Positions 56,509 through 63,434 of a stretch of 64,000 nt of DNA are shown here, piece by piece; the first letter of the stretch is position 1, and each line of letters begins with the position of its first letter. The stretch comes from a virus (taxonomy: Duplodnaviria; Caudoviricetes), in the IMG/VR virus record IMGVR_UViG_2830687482_000006, positions 1 through 64,000 of that record; one strand, written 5' to 3'. Both the position numbers and the translations under genes were made by a program. Below the pieces are notes generated by a model. The model worked only from the letters and a program-made list of their open reading frames with translations, was not told the origin of the DNA and did not search any database.

Positions 56509-57720
56509 TTAAGGCAAAAAACGTGTTTTTATATGATCAAAAGTTTCGTTCAACATCCACTCCCTCAAACTGGCTCCCGACACCGGGACATAGTAGTTTT
56601 CTAACTCCTCGAATTGTTCCCAATCTTCTCTAAGGAGTCTAGCCATATCTTTGAATTGTTTCCAATTAAGTTTGCTTAGCAGCGCTCTGTGGTCAAAACG
56701 ACCTGATCGAGTTAGTGCGGAGTCCAACACCTCTGGACAGTTTGTCGTAGCAATAATGATCAGACCTTCCGGAGTAACTAAGCCATCTAGTAAATTCAAC
56801 ATGCTGCTCAACGCAATCGTTTTTGATTGATTTTTTCGATCAACCGCTATCCGACTAACATCAATATCCTCTAAAACTAAAATCACATTGCTCCAATTGA
56901 TTTGGTTTGATATCAGATTCGATAATTCCGCATCATTTTCTATCGCTGCTAAATTCAGAAAAGCTATTTCTCTACCAGATTCGGAAGCTAAAGCGTGTAT
57001 CAAAGAAGTCTTTCCGGTTCCGGGTTCTCCTTCTAAAAGAATACCCATATGCCAAGGAATACCCTTGCGCTGATATTCTTCTTGTTTGTTAGAAAATTCT
57101 CTAATTTTTTCTAATAGATCATAACCCACATCATCAGTAGTAAAGACAGTATTCATTCCTCTCCTAGAGATTTTAGTTCCTATTTTCCAGCTTGATCCCC
57201 AGTTTACTCTGATCGTAACTTTATCGGAAAATACTCTTTTCCGTAGAAGAATGGAAATTTCTTCTGAAAGTTTTTCTACTGGACGCGCAGAACGTCCAAA
57301 GAATTGGACTGTTAATATTTCTTTGAAGTTATTTGTCTGTGTGTTTTCCTCAAGAGTTCTAGTTACAATTACTGGGTAACCTTCATACCATCCCCAATGA
57401 CTACCATACCCAATACTAACTCCAGTGAATATTTCTTCATTTCTTTCCTCAACATTGTTCCATAAATATAGAGTATCATAAGAAAATCCCCTGGATAACT
57501 TAGGAAGAATTATTTTATCAAGTATTAACTTGTTTACAACGACATACTGATCCATATCTGATTTGAATGTTATAGTATAGGTGAACATATTTTTGATTGA
57601 GCTATAAACTTTTTCAGGAAGTTCTCTCAAAGCGTACATTAAGGCCGTGGTAGGAGCAGCTAAAATAACACCTTGAGCTACTTGATTTGTTTTAATTACC
57701 TCTATAAGCCAGTCTATCAT
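56509..57720 (-). CDS. BCS1-like AAA+ ATPase with N-terminal membrane segment
   Basis: GEPGTGKT, LVLEDID, TTN...LDSALTRSGRFD. Confidence 0.85.
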   Translation of the reverse strand: MIDWLIEVIKTNQVAQGVILAAPTTALMYALRELPEKVYSSIKNMFTYTITFKSDMDQYVVVNKLILDKIILPKLSRGFSYDTLYLWNNVEERNEEIFTGVSIGYGSHWGWYEGYPVIVTRTLEENTQTNNFKEILTVQFFGRSARPVEKLSEEISILLRKRVFSDKVTIRVNWGSSWKIGTKISRRGMNTVFTTDDVGYDLLEKIREFSNKQEEYQRKGIPWHMGILLEGEPGTGKTSLIHALASESGREIAFLNLAAIENDAELSNLISNQINWSNVILVLEDIDVSRIAVDRKNQSKTIALSSMLNLLDGLVTPEGLIIIATTNCPEVLDSALTRSGRFDHRALLSKLNWKQFKDMARLLREDWEQFEELENYYVPVSGASLREWMLNETFDHIKTRFLP

Positions 57721-59099
57721 GTTAGGCCTTTCACATTCTGCATGACAGTATTAGAGAGATTTTCTTTCACAATCACAATTTTTCTGACTTTCTGGTCTAC
57801 AGACCTCTCATATTCTAAGAAATAAATTGTTAGAGGAAACTGCCTCAATTCTCGTTCACCTCTACGTATAGATTGTTCAAGATTTGAATCCAAATAATCC
57901 AAACTGGTGTAGACAATGATTTTAGTTCTTTGCCAGTTCCAGCCCGTTGAGGCTACCGCAGGGGTGGCACATATTGCATCAAGCTCTCCAGTCTGATAGG
58001 CTTCATCAACCGCTACTCGCTCCTTATGTGGGATTTTTCCGTGCATAACACCTACTTTGAGACCTAAATCTCTGAGGATTTGAGCATTAGCTTCAACCTC
58101 ATCCGGCATTGACGAAAAGACAATCATACCTGACTCCGCAATTCCTTCCAAATATTCTTGTTTCGAAGTTTTCTCTTCGATTCCAAATATTTGTGGGCAA
58201 TTGATAATTTGTCTAGCTCTCATAGTAGCAACACCGGGGTTAGTGCCGTCTAACATGAGTCCGTCTAGTTCTACACAAGCCATTTGATCAAATTCGTCAT
58301 ATGCCTCACGCATTTTAGGTTTCATTTCAAGATCATCAATAATGATGATGTCTCTATCCTGATCGCCATGAATATCTTTCCAGAGACGACGAACTCCATG
58401 ACGATTGAGAATTTCGGTCACTTTTTCCTCATTAACCCAATACAAGACTTTACCATAATCATCTACGAAACCGGCATGCTGTGCCAAGAACCCTTGGTAA
58501 GAGCCGTAATAGCTCGGCTCGATGATATGAGTCGCAGCAAAGCAACTGTCCAGACGTCCATCAATTGGAGTCCCGGTGCAGTAGTAGAATCCCTTACAGT
58601 AGTCCATCAGTTTATAAAGTTCAGCTGAGGCTTTGCTGTTATAGGTTTTGTAGCCTAAATGTCCTTCATCTACAATTACTAAATCTATCTCTGGATGAAG
58701 ATCAATTAAGTCAGTCCAATGATTTTTTAGAAACGTGAAACCTACGCAAAAAACCTTAGCATCTGGATCATCTATATAATTGATGTAACCTGTCTCTTGA
58801 CAAGCATTACTATATGCTCTTCGTTTGTGGGGTCCCAAAACCTCGTGAGCTTTTTCCAGAACCACCACTTCCTCAGGCTTAAATCCTGTGAATCGTATAA
58901 CCTCTAAGCGATTTTTGGAGCGAAGGTGATTGGGCTGCACAATAATTGTTTTTTTCGCTTTCTTTGTCCAATAATAATACGACAAAGCACAAAAAATAGG
59001 TGTCTTACCTGTACCCGGTTCGGAGATGTTCAGCGAACGAGGATTACGAATAGCAACCGCAAGGTCTGCTATCTGGGTTGCTTTAAGAGTTGCTGTCAT
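57717..59099 (-). CDS. superfamily 2 helicase
   Basis: EPGTGKT, DEGH, TGTP, STGWNW, QSIRRGER. Confidence 0.9.
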   Translation of the reverse strand: MTATLKATQIADLAVAIRNPRSLNISEPGTGKTPIFCALSYYYWTKKAKKTIIVQPNHLRSKNRLEVIRFTGFKPEEVVVLEKAHEVLGPHKRRAYSNACQETGYINYIDDPDAKVFCVGFTFLKNHWTDLIDLHPEIDLVIVDEGHLGYKTYNSKASAELYKLMDYCKGFYYCTGTPIDGRLDSCFAATHIIEPSYYGSYQGFLAQHAGFVDDYGKVLYWVNEEKVTEILNRHGVRRLWKDIHGDQDRDIIIIDDLEMKPKMREAYDEFDQMACVELDGLMLDGTNPGVATMRARQIINCPQIFGIEEKTSKQEYLEGIAESGMIVFSSMPDEVEANAQILRDLGLKVGVMHGKIPHKERVAVDEAYQTGELDAICATPAVASTGWNWQRTKIIVYTSLDYLDSNLEQSIRRGERELRQFPLTIYFLEYERSVDQKVRKIVIVKENLSNTVMQNVKGLT

Positions 59100-59404
59100 A
59101 AATATTTTGCAACAAGCTTACCAGCTTCTGTGAGAGTTCCAGAGCGATAGTTGGAAAAACCTTGCTCTGCTAAATACTCCCAGAGGGCGGCTGCTTCTGC
59201 TCCTTTCGGTTTATAGCTACCATTAAGTGTTTGGATTTCTATTTTGATCAGATTTCTAGCGTAATATCTTGCTTGAATTTCTTCCATAAAAATTCTACAA
59301 AGCCTAGCGATGCTTTTGGACAGAAAGAATATTCCCACCGTCTAGTATATTGTTTTCCATTGAAAGTGTAACCGGTAAGAAGTTTTTGAGGTCTGGGGTA
59401 GCTA

Positions 59405-59581
59405 TTATCCACATAACTCCTCCTTAAAGGACTTACAGAAATCAGATAATTTAATTGAGCTTGATCTTCTCCATATTTTTGTGATCATTTTACCTTCAAA
59501 GTAAGTTGTCACAATAATTGGAGGATAAAGCTCTGGAGCCATTAGCGCGTAAAATTTGAAATCCTTAAAAGGATGAATCAT
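59405..59581 (-). CDS. small hypothetical protein (58 aa)
   Basis: hand-translated MIHPFKDFKFYALMAPELYPPII...EELCG. Confidence 0.4.
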   Translation of the reverse strand: MIHPFKDFKFYALMAPELYPPIIVTTYFEGKMITKIWRRSSSIKLSDFCKSFKEELCG

Positions 59582-59597
59582 GATCTAATCCTTAGAT

Positions 59598-59673
59598 TGG
59601 GGTGAAGTTCGGGTAACGATCCCGATACTCAGGCTTCACAAACCCGCGTGTATCCCTCAACACTTACAACACC
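59598..59673 (-). tRNA. tRNA-His(GTG), atypical
   Basis: loop TTGTGAA, G-1:C73, CCA; two U-U mismatches in acceptor; T-loop ATCGTTA. Confidence 0.8.
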
Positions 59674-59679
59674 ATAAAT

Positions 59680-59755
59680 TGGCACAGGCACAAAGACTCG
59701 AACTTTGCTCTTCGGTTTTGGAGACCGATACATCACCTCTAAATGCTTTACCTGC
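59680..59755 (-). tRNA. tRNA-Trp(CCA)
   Basis: cloverleaf, loop CTCCAAA, CCA end. Confidence 0.92.
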
Positions 59756-59841
59756 TCTACAGGTACCTCCTAAACCATCCACTCTAGTCATTTTACACTC
59801 ACAAGGAGGACCATGAGGGCATCGTGCTGGGTAGATATACT

Positions 59842-59916
59842 TGGTAGTTCCGGAGAGATTCGAACTCTCACCCCGGCCCTTATGAGGGGCTGGCTCTACC
59901 ATTGAGCTACGGAACT
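59842..59916 (-). tRNA. tRNA with CAT anticodon (elongator Met or Ile2)
   Basis: cloverleaf, loop CTCATAA, CCA. Confidence 0.88.
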
Positions 59917-60012
59917 ACAGATTTTCATAGACCTAATGAGCCAGTCAAAATGGGAGAACCAGAGCAGCGGGGAAATCCTCGAAGAGATTGGACATTCTAA
60001 TTCTCCTAAAAA

Positions 60013-60103
60013 TGGTCTGGAAGGTCAGATTCGAACTGACAAGGGATATTACTCCACCCGCTTCCAAAGCGGGACCGCTACCTGATTACGGGCCTACTCC
60101 CAG
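60013..60103 (-). tRNA. tRNA-Pro(TGG) with long variable arm (91 nt)
   Basis: C1:G72, A73, loop TTTGGAA, 16-nt variable region. Confidence 0.8.
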
Positions 60104-60110
60104 AGAAATT

Positions 60111-60187
60111 TGGCTGACCATGTAGGACTCGAACCTACCATATGCAGATTAACAGTCTGCCCCGTCCACCTTGTTCGGCTATGGCCA
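60111..60187 (-). tRNA. tRNA-Asn(GTT)
   Basis: cloverleaf, loop CTGTTAA. Confidence 0.92.
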
Positions 60188-60204
60188 TCATTGCTTGAAA
60201 ATTT

Positions 60205-60279
60205 TGGTAGCGGGAGAAGGACTCGAACCTTCGACCTTCAACTTATGAGGCTGACGAGCTGCCACTGCTCTATCCCGCT
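60205..60279 (-). tRNA. tRNA-Met(CAT), initiator-like body
   Basis: GAGCAG...GCTCG D-arm like fMet; A1:U72; lacks three G-C anticodon-stem pairs. Confidence 0.85.
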
Positions 60280-60415
60280 ACACCTAGTTTGATGCTTAAA
60301 CCCCACAGGGGGTTATGCCATCGTATCTGCCTCAGAGATACTCTATGATTTTTCACGTTTCTCTCCTTTCCAGATTGAGTTGATAACTTTCCTTTAGAGG
60401 AAATTTTTATATGTG

Positions 60416-61021
60416 TCAACTCTTCATTTCAGCCCACTTACCTTGTTCATCATAATCGAAAGTTTTTTTGAATGCTACACCAGATTTACGGTGAAACATA
60501 ACAATACCTTCTGGGTCCATGAAGCCGGGGGCGTGATAGCTTCCATTTTCCTTTAACATGGTCATTATGCCTTGAGCCGCACCATCCGGATTATTCAGAT
60601 ACTCATCTTGAATAAAAGTGTGAACAACCTCACAACATTGAGGACGATCTGGATTATCTTTCCAACGCAAGCTGTTGAAAAGTGCAAATCTTTTTTCTCC
60701 GCCAGTCAGCCCATAACCTCGCTTGATTCCAGAACCATACCACTCTCCGAAGTGTCGGCCTTCCCCTAGTTTGAAAAGCTCACTAACATTATGTGAAACA
60801 AATCGAGCAAAACCCATGTTATCCTTATCTAAGGATAACCAGCGGTTGCGCGAACCAGCAAATAGATAATAGCCCTCATGCTCTGTCAGAGCAGCTCCGG
60901 GTTCTGATTGATAATCAGCCTTAGGTCGCCAAGCAACCTGCGCATTAGTTCCATCAAGTTTTTCAGTTATCGTCCAACCCTGACTAAAACGAGTCAAACT
61001 AGAAAAGCGTTCAAAGTCCAT
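60416..61021 (-). CDS. RNA ligase (Rnl2-type adenylation domain)
   Basis: TEKLDGTNA motif I, FGEW, FALF, EGIVM, FKK. Confidence 0.85.
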   Translation of the reverse strand: MDFERFSSLTRFSQGWTITEKLDGTNAQVAWRPKADYQSEPGAALTEHEGYYLFAGSRNRWLSLDKDNMGFARFVSHNVSELFKLGEGRHFGEWYGSGIKRGYGLTGGEKRFALFNSLRWKDNPDRPQCCEVVHTFIQDEYLNNPDGAAQGIMTMLKENGSYHAPGFMDPEGIVMFHRKSGVAFKKTFDYDEQGKWAEMKS

Positions 61022-61235
61022 TGATAATCTCCATCAAGTCTATTGGGGTGTAATTGATTTGTTCCATGCTCACACAACGGTAGCGAGGGTCTGAATAATT
61101 TCCATAGAAGATTTCTCCTACTTTTGACTGTATCAATTTATCATGAGTATGCCCATGCACATTTAATTTCCATCTATTCATGGATTGAGGGTGAATAGGA
61201 ATATGAGACATGATCAACCCATGCTCCGGCTTCAC
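61011..61235 (-). pseudogene. truncated metallophosphoesterase (C-terminal half only)
   Basis: SHIPIH...NVHGHTH...CVSMEQINYTPI; N-terminal DxH/GD/GNH motifs absent; SD-linked ATG is out of frame. Confidence 0.65.
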
Positions 61236-61258
61236 GAGCCATATGTATCTCCTAAAAC

Positions 61259-61335
61259 TGGTTCCCCGCTCAGGCCTCGAACCTGTTTCTTGGGATTCAA
61301 AGTCCCAGATTTTAACCAAATTAAACTATCGGGGA
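61259..61335 (-). tRNA. tRNA-Gln(TTG)
   Basis: loop CTTTGAA, CCA. Confidence 0.88.
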
Positions 61336-61336
61336 A

Positions 61337-61410
61337 TGGAGCGGAATGCGGGACTCGAACCCGCTTCTTTAGCTTGGAAGGCTAAGGCACAACCCATATA
61401 CCAAATCCGC
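61337..61410 (-). tRNA. tRNA-Gly(TCC)
   Basis: loop CTTCCAA, U73, CCA. Confidence 0.92.
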
Positions 61411-61412
61411 AA

Positions 61413-61485
61413 TGATGGAGCATAACGGAGTTGAACCGTTCCTAGCTCCTTGCAGGGGAACCGTCGGCACCCCCTCGGATGACCT
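61413..61485 (-). pseudogene. degenerate tRNA-Ala(TGC)
   Basis: T arm intact, G3:U70 and A73 kept; C33, poor D arm, acceptor mismatches, TCA instead of CCA. Confidence 0.6.
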
Positions 61486-61700
61486 TAAACTTGTATGTAA
61501 TCAAATCTTCCTTTTACATTCTCGTTAAAGAAAATTCCAACTGAATTTGCTATGATCATAGATTCATAAATTGTTTTTGGAACCGCATCATATTCATAAA
61601 CAAGTCCTGAGTTGAACTCCACTTCCAAAGTCTCTGTAGACTCATCATATCCCACAGCAGCAATATTTGAACTTGAGACCGATATTCTATCCATTTTCAT
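61485..61700 (-). CDS. KTSC domain protein
   Basis: AGGAG SD; VSSSNIAAVGYD...LEVEFNSGLVYEY...SVGIFFN. Confidence 0.9.
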   Translation of the reverse strand: MKMDRISVSSSNIAAVGYDESTETLEVEFNSGLVYEYDAVPKTIYESMIIANSVGIFFNENVKGRFDYIQV

Positions 61701-61709
61701 TCTCCTAAA

Positions 61710-61784
61710 TGGTGCCGGATTGAGGACTCGAACCCCATTCTTTCGCTTACAAGGCGACTGCATCCCCACTATTGCTCATCCGGC
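61710..61784 (-). tRNA. tRNA-Thr(TGT)
   Basis: loop CTTGTAA, CCA. Confidence 0.92.
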
Positions 61785-61786
61785 GC

Positions 61787-61862
61787 TGGTGTAGAAGGTA
61801 GGACTCGAACCCACATCTGCGAGGCTTCAACTCGCCGCTAAGACCTCATCAGCTACTTCTAC
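61787..61862 (-). tRNA. tRNA-Phe(GAA)
   Basis: loop TTGAAGC (G37), CCA. Confidence 0.9.
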
Positions 61863-61863
61863 A

Positions 61864-61944
61864 TGGACCCCCAGACAGGATTCGAACCTGCATTTTCATC
61901 CAGTTATCCGTTTCTTGGTTCGTAGCCAAGGGGAATACTGAGGG
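61864..61944 (-). tRNA. D-armless tRNA-Arg(ACG)-like RNA
   Basis: 7-bp acceptor, CTTGG-CTACGAA-CCAAG anticodon arm, T arm, CCA; only 7 nt replace the D arm; 22-nt variable region. Confidence 0.8.
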
Positions 61945-61945
61945 A

Positions 61946-62020
61946 TGGTAGTCCGTGAGAATTATGCTATCCCGACCTTCCCCTTGTAAGGGGGACGCTC
62001 TACTTCTGAGCTAACGGACC
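61946..62020 (-). tRNA. tRNA-Val(TAC), non-canonical T loop
   Basis: loop CTTACAA; T-loop AGCATAA. Confidence 0.85.
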
Positions 62021-62022
62021 AT

Positions 62023-62098
62023 TGGTTGTTCCAGTAGGACTCGAACCTACGACACAGCGATTATCAGTCGCTTGCTCTACCAACTGAGCTATGGAACA
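62023..62098 (-). tRNA. tRNA-Ile(GAT)
   Basis: canonical cloverleaf. Confidence 0.95.
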
Positions 62099-62238
62099 TC
62101 ATTCTTAACGTCAAAATATCCTTTCAACCAAATCCATTTATTTTTCCCTCGTTTGAAAGGACAATCTGAATGAGAAAGACCATTATATGCCGCTGATCTT
62201 CCATTGTTTTCTACTGAACCTTCATTCCAATGTAGCAC
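62089..62238 (-). CDS. Rmf-like small protein (49 aa)
   Basis: AAGGAG SD 7 nt before GTG; NGRSAAYNGLSHSDCPFKRGKNKWIWLKGY. Confidence 0.7.
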   Translation of the reverse strand: MLHWNEGSVENNGRSAAYNGLSHSDCPFKRGKNKWIWLKGYFDVKNDVP

Positions 62239-62251
62239 ATCATATCTCCTT

Positions 62252-62326
62252 TGGTCGGCCCGAGGGGAATCGAACCCCCATTTCCTGATTGAAAGTCAAG
62301 CGTCTTAGCCATTAGACGACGGGTCG
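62252..62326 (-). tRNA. tRNA-Glu(TTC)
   Basis: loop CTTTCAA, CCA. Confidence 0.9.
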
Positions 62327-62360
62327 TCTACCAGCTTAACTCAATTCTCAATGTAGGAGT

Positions 62361-62486
62361 TGGGTTTAGACTAGTAGAGAGGTTCAGCCGAAGCGAATCT
62401 CTCGTTCACGCACGACAGCGAACCCACCTTGGCGGGTCGCTGTCGTTCCAATAAAGGTTGCGTTACTAGTCATAATGATCAACCCA
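62361..62486 (-). ncRNA. unclassified structured RNA candidate
   Basis: nested stems TGGGTT/AACCCA and GACTAGTA/TACTAGTC, a 10-bp hairpin and a cUUCGg-capped hairpin. Confidence 0.6.
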
Positions 62487-62512
62487 TAGCAAGGTAAATG
62501 ACCTATGTCAAG

Positions 62513-62570
62513 TGGAGCGACGAACAGGACTCGAACCTGCATGTTCTTGAGCCATTTCCGCCACCGTCGC
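62513..62570 (-). ncRNA. 58-nt mini-tRNA (acceptor + T arm, Leu-like relic)
   Basis: 7-bp acceptor, T arm and CCA; 23-nt middle TGGCGGAAATGGCTCAAGAACAT. Confidence 0.7.
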
Positions 62571-62582
62571 TAAAGAAAGAAG

Positions 62583-62659
62583 TGGTGAACGGCCCTAGAC
62601 TTGAACTCGGAACCCCCGACTTAAAAGGACGGTGCTCTAACCTATTGAGCTAGCCGTTC
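62583..62659 (-). tRNA. tRNA-Lys(TTT)
   Basis: loop CTTTTAA, CCA. Confidence 0.92.
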
Positions 62660-62971
62660 ACGAATAAAAGCACCTTTGGTGCTGAAAAAACCATAACGAT
62701 GCTTGGCTTGCTCTGCCCTAGCAAACGCACCGAGCAGAGTTTCTCTTGAATATGTTTCGGGACTCCATTGACCTTCTAGACCATAACAGGAACAATGTCC
62801 ACCTGAAACATAATAGTATGTGTCTCCATTTCTATACAGAACATCAGCACTACCATCGCAACCATAAGCTTCATGATCATACTGAGCATATAGAACCTCA
62901 TCTGGTTCTGGGTCGTTCATCGCAAATTCTCTTTGAACATCTCCCCAATTACTGAACAGATCATAATACAT
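62642..62971 (-). CDS. conserved phage hypothetical protein
   Basis: AGGAG SD; VSGGHCSCYGLEGQWSPE motif. Confidence 0.8.
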   Translation of the reverse strand: MYYDLFSNWGDVQREFAMNDPEPDEVLYAQYDHEAYGCDGSADVLYRNGDTYYYVSGGHCSCYGLEGQWSPETYSRETLLGAFARAEQAKHRYGFFSTKGAFIRERLAQ

Positions 62972-62988
62972 ACTATTCTCCTTAAAAA

Positions 62989-63066
62989 TGGTGCGCCTAG
63001 TAGGACTCGAACCTACAACCTACCGATTAGAAGTCGGCAACTCTATTCCAGTTGAGCTATAGGCGC
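62989..63066 (-). tRNA. tRNA-Arg(TCT)
   Basis: canonical cloverleaf, loop CTTCTAA. Confidence 0.95.
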
Positions 63067-63074
63067 AAAAACTA

Positions 63075-63315
63075 TGGCCCGTTCTGTTCCACGGTGGGCC
63101 AAGCCGGTGTCAAGAGCAGTTAAGCTGCGAGACGAAGTGCCATTTCTGGCTGGTTATCATTGACAGTTATCAATGTTGATCTTTTAAGGTAATCACACCT
63201 ACAACCTCACACTAGCTTATCCCGTCAGTCGATACCCTTTCACCCCCATTATGGTGGAGGTGGGCGCACTCGAAGCGCCGTCCTGTCCGTATTCACTAGT
63301 GGTCAGCGATTGTTC
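63075..63315 (-). ncRNA. ssrA: circularly permuted two-piece tmRNA
   Basis: T arm + CACCTCC-A-CCA (ends 63252), TAAT spacer, GGGGGTG 5' end (63247) with G3:U70; tag VNDNQPEMALRLAA* at 63120-63164; outer ends approximate. Confidence 0.92.
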
Positions 63316-63434
63316 CTCAAAACTTCCTGCATAAACTTCTTAAAGTCGGCATCACTTCCGGTTCCTTTGCCTAAATTAGCAGCGGTGCAAACAAATTGCA
63401 CATTTCCTTCTCCGCTGTCAACAGATAGTTTCAC
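63303..63434 (-). pseudogene. HNH-type endonuclease C-terminal remnant
   Basis: KLSVDSGEGNVQFVCTAANLGK resembles the SxDRID...GNVxxVCxxxNxxK tail of phage HNH proteins. Confidence 0.45.

Noticed and set aside
59680-59755. tRNA-Trp as a dedicated UGA suppressor
   Set aside because: Anticodon is CCA, stem has the normal 5 bp and position 24 is G, so known suppressor features are absent
62361-62486. Hammerhead or HDV-like (theta) ribozyme call
   Set aside because: No CUGAUGA/GAAA core and I could not build the HDV double pseudoknot by eye; left unclassified
62513-62570. Mini-tRNA as opal suppressor (TCA in loop)
   Set aside because: TCA is off-centre (CAA is central), the stem is only 3 bp and the geometry could not reach the codon
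59598-63066. tRNAs as prophage attachment sites
   Set aside because: No integrase, no duplicated tRNA 3' end and no host genes on either side
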